A stretch of DNA of 64,000 nucleotides from Nitrososphaeria archaeon (GCA_050011875.1 JBEKIG010000011.1:1-64000); one strand, 5' to 3'; counted from the stretch's first letter, positions 19,546 through 29,582 are shown. Translations and numbers: made by a program. The notes: generated by a model not told the origin, from the sequence alone.

Positions 19546-20738
19546 CTAAGAAACCTCAATTTTCAATTTGCGGTTTATAATTTCAATTTCTTCATTACTT
19601 AAATCATATAATTGGTATACAACTCTGTTAATTTGGCTTTCTAACTGTTCCAACTCATTCTTTTTTTCTTGTGAATTAGTATCTTTTGCTATTTTTAATA
19701 TACTTTGAACAATTTTTATTAATTCTTGATTTAATTTCTTGTTATTAACAATAAGAGGGAATTCTTGTATGGTTTCGTGTTTTAAAGTATATGCTCCACC
19801 AGCAGTCATTACACCAATAATGTCAAAATAAAATTTTAATAGGTCACTATTAAGCTGTGCAATTATTACTTCTAAAGGTATGTCCTCCGAAGTCAGTATA
19901 TAACCATTACTTGGCAAATAATTCTTTCTTGTGTCAATTGCAAAAGCCCATTTGTCTGCAGTCAATCCCCAAACAATCTTTTCTTTTTCAAATTCAGGAA
20001 AATATGAAGCTGCACACCTCTGTAATGCATACCATTCATATCTTTTGCCAGTCTCGTCCACATTCCTCCTTAATAAGGCATCTTTGAAATTAAGTAAATG
20101 TGAATATATATCAGGATATTCTTTCTTGAAAAAGCGTTATAGAATTTTTGGAATAAATTCTCAATAATTTGCTCTGTTTCCTGTTGCCTTGTCAATAATG
20201 ATGTAAAAAAAGGGATAAGATTAATGTCCTCTAAAGTAATAAATATGTTTTTTTTATTGTCATACTTGATTAGAACCCAACGGATACCATCAGTAGCAAA
20301 ACCATAATCCGATTTAGTTTGTTTTTGCTCTAACCACCCTTTAACCTGATTAAGTCCAGTTTTATCTCCTTCTAAATCCTTATTTATTGACTCTGCCTCG
20401 CCATAAATAGGAGTTGCATCAACAACCAATTTATAGTCTGTTTCACTTCTTCTATCAACCCATTGCAAATTAGTAGCTGTTTTGATTTCACTTTCACTAT
20501 AACCAAGAAACAATAGCATCTTGTCAATGAAGTTCTTTCGGGTGTAATCTTCAGGGCTTTCATTATCTTTTAGCATCTCAGATTTCAAAACTTTTTTGCC
20601 TAGAAACAATGAGTCCAAAACGCTTTCATTCACAGCGTCGTTTCTCAACTTATCAACTATTTGCCCTATAAGTTTTCTGAACGAGTTATAGGTTTCCTTA
20701 CTCACTACCCTACTATTGAATTTAAATTGTGTCTGCAT
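19546..20738 (-). pseudogene. Type IIG (Eco57I-like) restriction-modification gene with the methyltransferase core deleted
   Basis: N-terminal endonuclease (PEDYTR..FID, TDY, GEAE, GFATDGIRW) joined out of frame at 20115-20130 to the TaqI-like C-terminal TRD (EYPDIYSHL...RYEWYALQR...FEKEKIVW...YQLYDLSNEEI). Confidence 0.8.
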
Positions 20739-20937
20739 GTGTATTTCTGACCTATTCAGCACTGCTTAGAACCAATAGATAATTTTCCAACCATTCTCCC
20801 TGCAGTTTTATATTTTTCCATTCTTCTTCTAACTTCTGGTTATATGTGATGGTTACTTATTCCATCGAATTAAAGTTTAACAATTAACTATATATAAATT
20901 TAAAATAAGGCTCTCTAATCTTGGATTAATTTCATTT

Positions 20938-21099
20938 CTGCATTTGAAAAGATCACAGGTAGAACTTCTATGTTGATTGATTCCTTCAGGCGTTTGGCCC
21001 TTTCTAATAGAGCCGATATTTTACTATTATCAGTACCTCCAAAGTGCATTCTCCAACGATGAGTACATTTCCATCAGAATAGAATGCGAGGATGTCTTG
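20938..21099 (-). pseudogene. Remnant of a PD-(D/E)xK restriction-endonuclease-like domain
   Basis: QDILAFYSDGNVLIVGECT, then frameshifted GTDNSKISALLER / KRLKESINIEVLPVIFSN. Confidence 0.5.
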
Positions 21100-21166
21100 A
21101 ACTTAATTAACCTAACATTCAACACACTTTACCAAATTGGTTAATGGTATAATTATAAAATAATGT

Positions 21167-21400
21167 TTGAGCCAAAAACTTTTAAGGAAATTAATTCCGG
21201 CTCAATCAAAAAAAATCGTAAATGCTATCGATAAACATTCTGCATGTTGGCTCGGTATGATCCCCCTGTGCAATATCGAACCTCAACACGCTCTCATGCA
21301 AAACGATATTAAGTTGAACCAATGCAAAATAGTCATCAATAGCATTTTGTTTTAAAACGTGTTGAGCCGAACCAAATTTATAATTATTTTTTCGGCTCAA
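21167..21400. repeat. Two copies of the inverted-repeat site TTGAGCC-N25-GGCTCAA (21167-21205 and 21362-21400)
   Basis: Identical 7-bp arms, identical 25-nt AT-rich spacer length, both followed by TCA. Confidence 0.8.
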
Positions 21401-21482
21401 TCAGTTTTAATTTATTATTAACCAAATTGCGCCAACAGTTGCAGGCAAGATAAACGACCTTTACTCGACGTACAAGGGCAGG

Positions 21483-21701
21483 GTGACTGCTAAGGGAAAG
21501 CTCTCTGATAGGGAAGTGCAGCTTCTGATTTTAGCGGCAATTAATGAGCAGCAGAACTCGTTTAACACTTTATTTGAAAGCCAAGACAAACGGTTTAAGG
21601 AAGTGTGCAGCAACCAGGCGTTAATACAGAAGAACATAGGTGCGGCATTGGACGAAATCAAAAATTTAAGGCTTGATTTAATCAGAAAAAACATGATCTA
21701 A
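21483..21701 (+). CDS. Small hypothetical protein (coiled-coil-like; mobile-element type)
   Basis: 72-aa ORF with plausible composition, followed by a GC-rich hairpin at 21737-21755. Confidence 0.4.
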   Translation: MTAKGKLSDREVQLLILAAINEQQNSFNTLFESQDKRFKEVCSNQALIQKNIGAALDEIKNLRLDLIRKNMI

Positions 21702-21900
21702 CTTATAAAATGAAGTAGTTTACCAAACTGGTACATGGCACGGCGACGTCGTGCCGGATTACTTCATCATCAAAAAACATGCGTTTTTTGACTATTTTTT
21801 TAGGTGATTTTGGCCTTGAAACGACCTTAAAAAGCGTTTACCAGTTTGGGAAATTATTCAAACTGCTGATAGATAAGTATCACCCAGTCTTAGCTTTTTA

Positions 21901-22104
21901 TCAGTTCCACTGGGCGTCTAATATCCTTCTGTAAATCCTTCGGCAACTTAGACAGGTTGGTTCGCCTCCGTTTTGTTCACTGTCATCAATATCAAACTGT
22001 CCCTTCGGCCATCCGCACAAGGTCTTATCTTTGCCTATAACGTAGGCGTGAATTGGGAATCTACCATACTGCCCACCTTTCTTGAAGATAGCTCCAAACT
22101 TCAT
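21901..22104 (-). CDS. Small putative zinc-binding protein (H...C...CxxC), virus/plasmid-like
   Basis: IHAY...KTLCG...EPTCLSCRR; GGAG-like element upstream. Confidence 0.5.
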   Translation of the reverse strand: MKFGAIFKKGGQYGRFPIHAYVIGKDKTLCGWPKGQFDIDDSEQNGGEPTCLSCRRIYRRILDAQWN

Positions 22105-22700
22105 GGGTACATCTGCTCCATGATCTTGCGTAACATGCCCTTATCCTTATACGAGGCCTAACATTCAGAGTTGCAGAAACCCAAAAGAGATATCCATGTT
22201 AGAGTGCTTTTTAAGGACGATCTTGCTCTAAGTGCTCGTAACGATCTTTTACCTCAATAACTTTCTCAGGCCACCTTGGTACAGCTTCCTTCCGAAGCTT
22301 ATTGTCAACTATGCCAAACAAAAGACATTTGGTGCCAACATTGTCTGAGGTTCACGGTTCGTGGCCGCAAATACGCAGTAGATACGATTTTTCACTACGA
22401 TCTTCTTGAGATATCGTTTTGCTTTCTCTGTCCTGATAGTTGTTTTCAGGCCATTTCTATCCTTGATTTGTTTGTATTGTTGACCGACATGGTCATAATT
22501 GCTTAGTTGTATCTTGATCAGCATTGGAATAGAAAGAGAATTTATTCGTAATATAACACGGACAGAATAGCCACGGGTTATAGTGGATAAAGGCAGCATT
22601 CATATCAGCACTTTGGAAAAGCAAAATGTTGTTTCTTAATCTTAAACTTGACAGAAAAGAATAATAGAACGAACTTGTAAGATTTTGAAGGGATATTCGT

Positions 22701-23801
22701 TTGAAGATCACAGATGTAAGGATATACCCTATCAAGGGTAGACATTGGCCTGGGTTTCCCTGGATCATCCTAGAAATCGAGACAGATGAAGGGATGAGCG
22801 GCCTTGGAGAAGCTTTGCCATACCGTTCTAGTGGAGTATTAGAGAGTCTGAATGTGATCAAGAAGATGTTGCTTAACAGGGATCCTACACAGATCGAGGT
22901 GCTTTGGGAGAAGCTTTTCAGGGAAGGTTTTTCTATGCCGGCTATCAGCGGCGTAGAAATTGCTCTTTGGGATATCTTAGGAAAGAAACTGAACGCCCCC
23001 GTCTACAGTCTGCTCGGTGGACGATGCAGGGACAGTGTTGAAGTCTACGTTGACGGATTCTTCAGGGGAGCAGAGTACGTTGAGGAAGAGTATGCGGCTA
23101 AGGCATCTGAAGCTGTTAGGAAGGGCTTTAGATCGCTTAAGATGGACGTTGACGAGCCCATACCTTCTGGTAAAAACATAAACAGGACCCTAACCCCTGC
23201 AGATCTCAAGCATACATTGAGGATGGTTGAAGCTGTCAGGGAAGCAGTCGGCGATGAGATAAGGTTGGCTATTGACTGCCACGGCGCCTTTGACACGAAC
23301 ACGGCAATAGTTCTAGCACAGAAGCTTGAGCCGTATAACCTGATGTGGATAGAGGACCCTGTTCCCCAGAACAACCTGCAGGCGATGGCTAAGGTCAGTC
23401 AGAGCACAAGGATTCCCGTTTGCACAGGTGAACTTCTTGACAGCCGCTATATGTTCCGCGAACTCTTCGAAGAGGGAGCTGCGCAGATCATAATGCCCGA
23501 CGTAGCGAGAACAGGAGGGATCCTTGAGCTTAAGAAGATAGCTGCTGCAGCGGACACTTACTACATCCCCGTTGCGCCACATAACATGGTCAGCCCCATT
23601 GCTACGATGGCGTCCGTTCAGGTATGCGCTAACATTCCTAACTTTCTGGTGCTCGAATTCCAGTTAGGTGATGTTCAATGGAGAGACTCCATACTTGATT
23701 CGCCTTTGTCATTAAAGAATGGCCAAATTGAAGTTTCGAACAAGCCAGGCCTTGGAGTTAGCCTCAACAAAAAAGAGCTTGAAAAATATATAGTACAATA
23801 A
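22701..23801 (+). CDS. Mandelate racemase/muconate lactonizing enzyme family (galactonate dehydratase-like)
   Basis: AISGVEIALWDILGK, IDCHG, WIEDP, TGE, PDVARTGGI, APHN and PGLG motifs. Confidence 0.9.
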   Translation: MKITDVRIYPIKGRHWPGFPWIILEIETDEGMSGLGEALPYRSSGVLESLNVIKKMLLNRDPTQIEVLWEKLFREGFSMPAISGVEIALWDILGKKLNAPVYSLLGGRCRDSVEVYVDGFFRGAEYVEEEYAAKASEAVRKGFRSLKMDVDEPIPSGKNINRTLTPADLKHTLRMVEAVREAVGDEIRLAIDCHGAFDTNTAIVLAQKLEPYNLMWIEDPVPQNNLQAMAKVSQSTRIPVCTGELLDSRYMFRELFEEGAAQIIMPDVARTGGILELKKIAAAADTYYIPVAPHNMVSPIATMASVQVCANIPNFLVLEFQLGDVQWRDSILDSPLSLKNGQIEVSNKPGLGVSLNKKELEKYIVQ

Positions 23802-24022
23802 GAAGGCCTTCCTCCTTCTTTTGACCTTAAAAGCCTTTAGCTAACACGTTTTGTTAGTTGATCTCTAGCCTTTTTGTTTAACCATTTATTAGTAATGGAA
23901 TAAAAAAGTTAAGATTACCAAGGAGCTTCTTTTTTCTGTTCACAATAGCTGTTAAAGTAGGTTGAAAGATCATAGGCTTCTTTGATCTGCCAAAAGAAAT
24001 GTTAGCACAGGTACAAAGAATA

Positions 24023-24601
24023 CTATGGGGATCTGTGGGATAATCCGGAAAGCATTGTCATAGCACAATAGGGGCAGTGTGGTGACTCGTTTGGTATATC
24101 TTTACCACATTTAGGGCATTGCCTCGTTTTTATTTGCGGTCTTACATTATGGGATTTATTTAATTCATCGACGATTTTATTTGACAGGCTTCTAAGATCA
24201 GAATCCCACGTATTTCTTGAAGACTCTAAACTATCAGCTACAAACTTTTCTAAATCATGTTTGCGGAATAGGTGCCACACATATCCTAGCAGTATAAAAA
24301 AAGCACCCACGATTATTAAGGCAAGATTTGGGATGATAGATCCGAATTGATATAAGACTCCATAGATAAGGAAAGCTACGCCGGCAAGATAACAAACGTA
24401 ACTTAGTAATCTTTTGTTTCCTCCAATTTTGTTTTCTGTTTTAGGGTCTAGAGAAAAATTATCCATCTCAAATAATCTATAAGATAACAATACTATTTCA
24501 TTACGTATCGAAGGCGAGAGGTCTTCCTCTTTGAAGGATGAACCGCATTTATCTCTAAGTAATTCCAGAGTTCTCCTTCTGTATTCATCGTCTTCGTCCA
24601 T
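24023..24601 (-). CDS. Two-TM membrane protein with C-terminal zinc ribbon
   Basis: Two hydrophobic helices; CPKCG...CPYC. Confidence 0.7.
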   Translation of the reverse strand: MDEDDEYRRRTLELLRDKCGSSFKEEDLSPSIRNEIVLLSYRLFEMDNFSLDPKTENKIGGNKRLLSYVCYLAGVAFLIYGVLYQFGSIIPNLALIIVGAFFILLGYVWHLFRKHDLEKFVADSLESSRNTWDSDLRSLSNKIVDELNKSHNVRPQIKTRQCPKCGKDIPNESPHCPYCAMTMLSGLSHRSP

Positions 24602-24758
24602 ACCAACAAAAACAATTAATCAACATATTTAAGCCTTAGAACTAGTTGACCTCAAGCCTTTTTTATTCATTTTATCATCACCAAAAAATCTATTAGAAAT
24701 ATTTTGACCATATATCTGTGATGGCAAAATTTAAAAGCAAATTAAATTTAATTAAAGA

Positions 24759-25241
24759 ATGAGTTCCCACATGTCGAGAATTGTTTATGTCATAGTAGGA
24801 ATTCTAATTCTTGTTATAGTCATTGCTATTTTAGCTGGTTTAGTTATTTATTTTAATACTCAACCAACTGCCATTTCAACAAGTTCAAATGCTACAACAA
24901 TGACTTCAACTAGTACCACTTCAAACGAGTTTTCCATAGAAAAGTTGGTGATAAGCGCATATGCCAGTTCAACAACACAGATTGTACTAAAAGTGCAGAG
25001 CACTGGTTCATCTGATGCAGAAATAACCGATATATTATTGAATGGAATACCTCTTGCATCAGCTACTCCCGCAGGAACTCTCACCGGTAGCGTTTCCACA
25101 CTACCATATACATTACCAACAGGGGCTTCAGTACAAATAGCTCTTAATTTCGCAACACCCCTAAGTTCTGGCGCCACTTACGATATTACTATCCACACGG
25201 ATTCAGGAAATGACTATCCTATAGCAGTCGTAGCACCTTAA
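24759..25241 (+). CDS. Membrane-anchored surface protein with archaeal pilin-like/Ig-like C-terminal domain
   Basis: N-terminal TM helix, S/T linker, STGSSDAEITDILLNG...SGATYDITIHTDSGNDY. Confidence 0.7.
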   Translation: MSSHMSRIVYVIVGILILVIVIAILAGLVIYFNTQPTAISTSSNATTMTSTSTTSNEFSIEKLVISAYASSTTQIVLKVQSTGSSDAEITDILLNGIPLASATPAGTLTGSVSTLPYTLPTGASVQIALNFATPLSSGATYDITIHTDSGNDYPIAVVAP

Positions 25242-25242
25242 A

Positions 25243-25410
25243 TTAGTTGATCTCTGGCCTTTTATGTTTGATAAGTTCATTCACTAGCTTAGTTATTTCC
25301 CCGACTTCCTTTTCAACTTCGTTTAATCGGTTTCTCAGGTCGATGTTTTCTGAAGCAGGACCCGCTAGTCCGAAAGAACTTTCAAAACGTGTGAGTGCAC
25401 AATAATCCTG
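25243..25410 (-). pseudogene. 3' remnant of an unknown gene with a coiled-coil C-terminus
   Basis: Open frame ...ENIDLRNRLNEVEKEVGEITKLVNELIKHKRPEIN* with no start; its last codons form the third direct repeat. Confidence 0.4.
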
Positions 25411-25635
25411 TTAGTCTATCTTGCGGAGAATCTCCTTTAAAACAAAAGATTTGATCTATTACGATTCTGCAAGTCTACAGTTCATTTACAGGCAACTTCT
25501 TCCCAGGATCTCTTCTTTAGTTTTCTCGATTTACCTTCATTTTATTCACATTCCTGAACTTGCTAACACAACATTGGTTGAATTGGGATGCTCGTATAGA
25601 ATACTAATTTAATTAGTATGCATCACATCATACTG

Positions 25636-26598
25636 CTAAATTCTTCTAATGCTTTTGGAAGTTTCCACGAACGCCCTGATATTTTCGGATGGCGTTTTTG
25701 ATGGTATATCGCATCCCGTACTTGATACAACATTCTTCTTATCTTTCACGGGACTAAGTATTTTCAGGACGTTTATCCTTATTGTTTCTGGGTCTTCCAT
25801 CATCAGGTTAACTGGTGAATAATTTCCGAAGACTAAAATGTTCCCAGGTACTATAGAAACAGCCTCTAGCATTGGTATGTTCTGGTCAATACTGATACCT
25901 GCTGCCCCTGTTTCTGCCATATCCGTCAGGAGATGTCTAGATCTGCCACAGATGTGCAAGACCATCCCAGCATCTACAGCTTTGGTCAATCTTCCTAGAT
26001 ATGGCTTCGAAAATTCCCTGAACTGGCTTACTGATATCAGGCTTGAAGACGGTTCTGCGATGACTATAAAATCTGTTCCTGAATCTTCAAGCTTTTTTGC
26101 GTACTCTATGGAGGTTTCTACTACTGTATCTAGAAGCGGTGGTAGTGCTTCAGGGTTTGTGAGAATGAACTTTAGGAGATTGGCGATTCCTATTACTTGG
26201 CCTGCGATAGTAAAAGGTCCTGTTACATAAAATCCAACAGGCAAGTTTCCTGATATTTTTTTAATGACGCTTACAGTCTGGGCCATAATTGGAATTCTAC
26301 CATTTGATTTTCTCTTATGTACTTCCCCTATGTCAATCGTTTTATTGATCTTTGGGGCGTCAATTTCTCTGTATCCAACTTCCACCCCTAAAGCTTCTGC
26401 TTCAACAGTCAGATCGAGTAAGGGTAGTAATGCATCAGTTCCATACTCTTGTGCAATGTATGCGACAGCTTTTGCATGCTTTTCTGGTTCAAGGAGGCTG
26501 ATTGATGAAGTTTGATTCAAGGGTATTAGTGCAGGATACCCCAGTATGGGAACTACTGGCACACGGTCAAATTTCTTAAAATAAGTTAATAACTTCAT
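25636..26598 (-). CDS. Uroporphyrinogen decarboxylase family protein (MtaA/CmuA-like methyltransferase fold)
   Basis: DLTVEAEALG, GPFTIA, LHICG zinc motif, STGCDIP..TP.ENI. Confidence 0.85.
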   Translation of the reverse strand: MKLLTYFKKFDRVPVVPILGYPALIPLNQTSSISLLEPEKHAKAVAYIAQEYGTDALLPLLDLTVEAEALGVEVGYREIDAPKINKTIDIGEVHKRKSNGRIPIMAQTVSVIKKISGNLPVGFYVTGPFTIAGQVIGIANLLKFILTNPEALPPLLDTVVETSIEYAKKLEDSGTDFIVIAEPSSSLISVSQFREFSKPYLGRLTKAVDAGMVLHICGRSRHLLTDMAETGAAGISIDQNIPMLEAVSIVPGNILVFGNYSPVNLMMEDPETIRINVLKILSPVKDKKNVVSSTGCDIPSKTPSENIRAFVETSKSIRRI

Positions 26599-26806
26599 TT
26601 ATATCATCTTAGTGTAACTTGTTAAAAAGCCTTTTCGCTTTCAACGATTTTATTTTAATCAATCCGAATTTTATTTTAGCCAATTCGAAGCTCCAATTTT
26701 CACCCAAAGATGTGATTTAAAGTTTCTAAGATTTGGTTTCTTCCAGGCGTATCCTGTTCTTTCTCCTTTTTTTAGTCCAAACCTTTAAAAGTTAAGGTAT
26801 CACAAA

Positions 26807-28159
26807 TTGTCGGGAAATGTCTTGGATAAAACTATCCAGAATGGGGATGTTAAGCGGTTCTTAGAATCTTTTGATAGGGACCCTAAGAACCTTCTTGCGT
26901 TGAACGCGGTGACTGAGAATGGTATAGCTGCTGTGGCTTTGAGCCGGAAGGAAGTTGACCGAATTAACTATACGTTTAGTAATCTTATTGAGTCGCCGGA
27001 GGCTACTAATCAGGAGCGCTCAGGGCGGTGTTGGCTATTCTCCGGGCTTAGTTCTCTTTGCCTAGAGGCTATGAAGAAGTTGAACGTTGGGACTTTTGAA
27101 CTCTCGGAGGCCTACCAGATGTTCTGGGATAAACTGGAGAAGGCGAACTTCTTTCTTGAGAACATCATCGAGACCAGGGATGAGCGATTGGATAGCAGGT
27201 TGGTGCTGGCGCTTCTCTCTGACCCACTTTCCGATGGCGGGCAGTGGGACATGTTTGTGAATCTCGTTGAAAAGTACGGCGTGGTGCCGAAGTCTTTTAT
27301 GCCGGAGACAGACAGTAGCAGCAACTCTGATCCCATGAACACCCTGCTTGTGGCCAAGCTAAGGGAATATGCGAAAACGCTCAGAGACCTGCATTCACAG
27401 GGTTCTTCTGCACAGGAACTGCGCAAGTCAAAAGGAGCGATGCTCGAAGAGTTCTATAAGATGCTCGCCATTCACTTAGGGAAACCTCCGACAAGCTTCT
27501 ACTGGGAGTGGCGGGACAAGGGCAACATATTCCACAGGCATGGTTACATAACACCAAAAGAGTTCTACAAGAAATATGTGGATGTCGACCTGAATGATCT
27601 AGTCTGCCTAATAAACGCCCCAACCAAGGACAAGCCCTATAATAAACTCTACACGGTGCAGTATCTCGGTAACGTCATCGGTGGACGACAGGTACGTTAT
27701 TTAAATGTTGACATAAGGACATTGAAGAAAGCGGCCGTAGACATGATAAAGGACAACCATGCGGTTTGGTTCGGCTGTGACGTAGGCCAGATGCTTGAAA
27801 CAGAGATGGGCGCAATGGATTTGAACGTATACGATTATAAACTCGTCTTCGGAACGGATTTCAAACTTGATAAAGCTGGAAGATTAGACTACAGGAACAG
27901 CGAGATGACTCACGCCATGGTCTTAACAGGCGTGGACCTAGATGAGAAAGGTAAACCGAAAAAATGGCGAGTTGAAAACAGCTGGGGGGCTAAGATTGGG
28001 GACAGAGGTTTTATGTATATGATGGATGAATGGTTCGACGAATACCTGTACGAAATAACCGTTAGAAAAGAATACCTCTCTCCAGAGCTCTTAAAAGTTT
28101 TAGACACCGAACCTATTGTCCTCCCATCTTGGGATCCAATGGGAACATTAGCCAAGTAA
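26807..28159 (+). CDS. pepC: Aminopeptidase C / bleomycin hydrolase (peptidase C1B)
   Basis: NQERSGRCWLF (catalytic Cys), DGGQWDM, MTHAMVLTG (His), WRVENSWG (Asn), C-terminal WDPMGTLA. Confidence 0.95.
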   Translation: MSGNVLDKTIQNGDVKRFLESFDRDPKNLLALNAVTENGIAAVALSRKEVDRINYTFSNLIESPEATNQERSGRCWLFSGLSSLCLEAMKKLNVGTFELSEAYQMFWDKLEKANFFLENIIETRDERLDSRLVLALLSDPLSDGGQWDMFVNLVEKYGVVPKSFMPETDSSSNSDPMNTLLVAKLREYAKTLRDLHSQGSSAQELRKSKGAMLEEFYKMLAIHLGKPPTSFYWEWRDKGNIFHRHGYITPKEFYKKYVDVDLNDLVCLINAPTKDKPYNKLYTVQYLGNVIGGRQVRYLNVDIRTLKKAAVDMIKDNHAVWFGCDVGQMLETEMGAMDLNVYDYKLVFGTDFKLDKAGRLDYRNSEMTHAMVLTGVDLDEKGKPKKWRVENSWGAKIGDRGFMYMMDEWFDEYLYEITVRKEYLSPELLKVLDTEPIVLPSWDPMGTLAK

Positions 28160-28330
28160 AACTAGTACCATCGCCATTTCTAATTCTTTTATGCTATTGC
28201 AAGCAATAAGTTTCCAAGATTTTTAATGATGAATAGAAAAAGAATGAAGCTTATGGAGTTTAATCTATTTATCGTACCTTTTCAGAATCAAATAGGAGAC
28301 GGATCGTAGCTCCGAGCTGGTTAAGCTAAA

Positions 28331-28906
28331 ATGAGCAAAGTTGAAGAACTACACATGTTAAGTAGGAAAGACTGGCACAAGTGGTTGGACAAAAACCATT
28401 ATGCCAAAAAAGGGGTATGGCTGATTTTCTACAAAAAGGATGCCAACAAACCCAATATATCTTACGAGGCCTCAGTTGAGGAGGCATTGTGTTACGGTTG
28501 GGTGGACAGCATAATAAAGAAAATAGATGAAAAAAGGTATGCTCGCAAATTTACACCCCGCAAGTCAAAAAGCAGATGGTCTGGGTCTAATATAAAACGT
28601 GCAGAAAAAATGATAAATGAAGGAAGAATGACAGAGTCAGGATTTGCTGTAATAGCAGAATCAAAGAAGAATAGTGAATGGTCCACAGCTCCAACTCTAC
28701 CAAGAGAGCTCAAACCACCACAATATATGAAGGAAGCTTTGGCAGCGAACGAATTAGCCTTCAAAAATTTCAACAAGCTGGCCAAATCCCATAAGCGACA
28801 ATACATTGCATGGTTAATAAGCGCGAAAAGAGAAGAGACCAGACAGAAGCGACTTACTGAAATCATAGCGCGTTTGGAAAGGAACGAAAAACTCGACCTG
28901 AAGTAG
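28331..28906 (+). CDS. YdeI/OmpD-associated family protein
   Basis: WHKWLDKNH, EEALCYGWVDS, FTPRKSKSRWS, AKREETRQKR. Confidence 0.9.
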   Translation: MSKVEELHMLSRKDWHKWLDKNHYAKKGVWLIFYKKDANKPNISYEASVEEALCYGWVDSIIKKIDEKRYARKFTPRKSKSRWSGSNIKRAEKMINEGRMTESGFAVIAESKKNSEWSTAPTLPRELKPPQYMKEALAANELAFKNFNKLAKSHKRQYIAWLISAKREETRQKRLTEIIARLERNEKLDLK

Positions 28907-29219
28907 GAGTAGCAGAACATTCAGAAAAAAAGAAGATCGGACTTCAGACATTAAATATCTTATTAAATACGCTTACCCTTTGGTCCGCTTCATCATTAGG
29001 AGTTCGGATTTGTAAGCCGGGTTAAACGGTAAATTAGTTTAAGATTAAATTTAAGCTTTTCAATTTCTCTGGCAGTCTTATCTTCCCCGTATTTATTTCT
29101 ACTGTTTCCCATAGGAATATTGAGTTTGATTTCTTATTCCTAGTAAATTTCCTTGACATCTGCAAACATCTGTAAACATCAGATCGTTTACTGGAGATAA
29201 ATCCGTGAACTTCGAAACC

Positions 29220-29582
29220 TTAGCTGTTTTGCTCGAGGTCGTGCATCATCTGTTCGAATTGTTCCTTCGTTATCTCCCCACGCGCGTACCTCTCTCTGAG
29301 TATGTTGATCGCTTCGTCCCCTCTCCGGAGCCTTCTCCTGGACGCCCATCCCCACGGCAAGAAAATCCATCTCATCACCGCGAATATGAGGAGTATCCAG
29401 AGCAGAATCCAGATCCAGCCAAAGCCGAATGGGAAGAATGGATAGTATCGGTAGTAACCGCCTGGTATCATGTGGCGGGAGAAGAACCAAAAAATCGCGA
29501 ATGAAATTCCGATTAGGATAATAAACGCGATTATAGCCAAGCCCACGAAGTACCCTGGGCGTCTCCACCTATAGTCGTTCAT
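29220..29582 (-). CDS. SHOCT domain-containing membrane protein
   Basis: Two TM helices plus C-terminal AINILRERYARGEITKEQFEQM. Confidence 0.88.
   Translation of the reverse strand: MNDYRWRRPGYFVGLAIIAFIILIGISFAIFWFFSRHMIPGGYYRYYPFFPFGFGWIWILLWILLIFAVMRWIFLPWGWASRRRLRRGDEAINILRERYARGEITKEQFEQMMHDLEQNS

Larger units (their letters stand above)
23855..25270 (+). repeat. Three dispersed ~25-bp direct repeats TAGTTGAYCTCWRGCCTTTT (starts 23855, 24643, 25244)
   Basis: TAGTTGATCTCTAGCCTTTTTGTTT / TAGTTGACCTCAAGCCTTTTTTATT / TAGTTGATCTCTGGCCTTTTATGTTT; one gene lies between each pair. Confidence 0.75.

Noticed and set aside
23840-23860. CTAACA...TGTTAG hairpin as an integron attC site
   Set aside because: Far too short for attC, absent from the other two repeat copies, and no IntI gene is seen
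28300-28326. GTAGCTCCGAGCTGGTTAAGC resembling a tRNA D-arm
   Set aside because: No anticodon or T arm follows; it runs straight into the start of the next CDS
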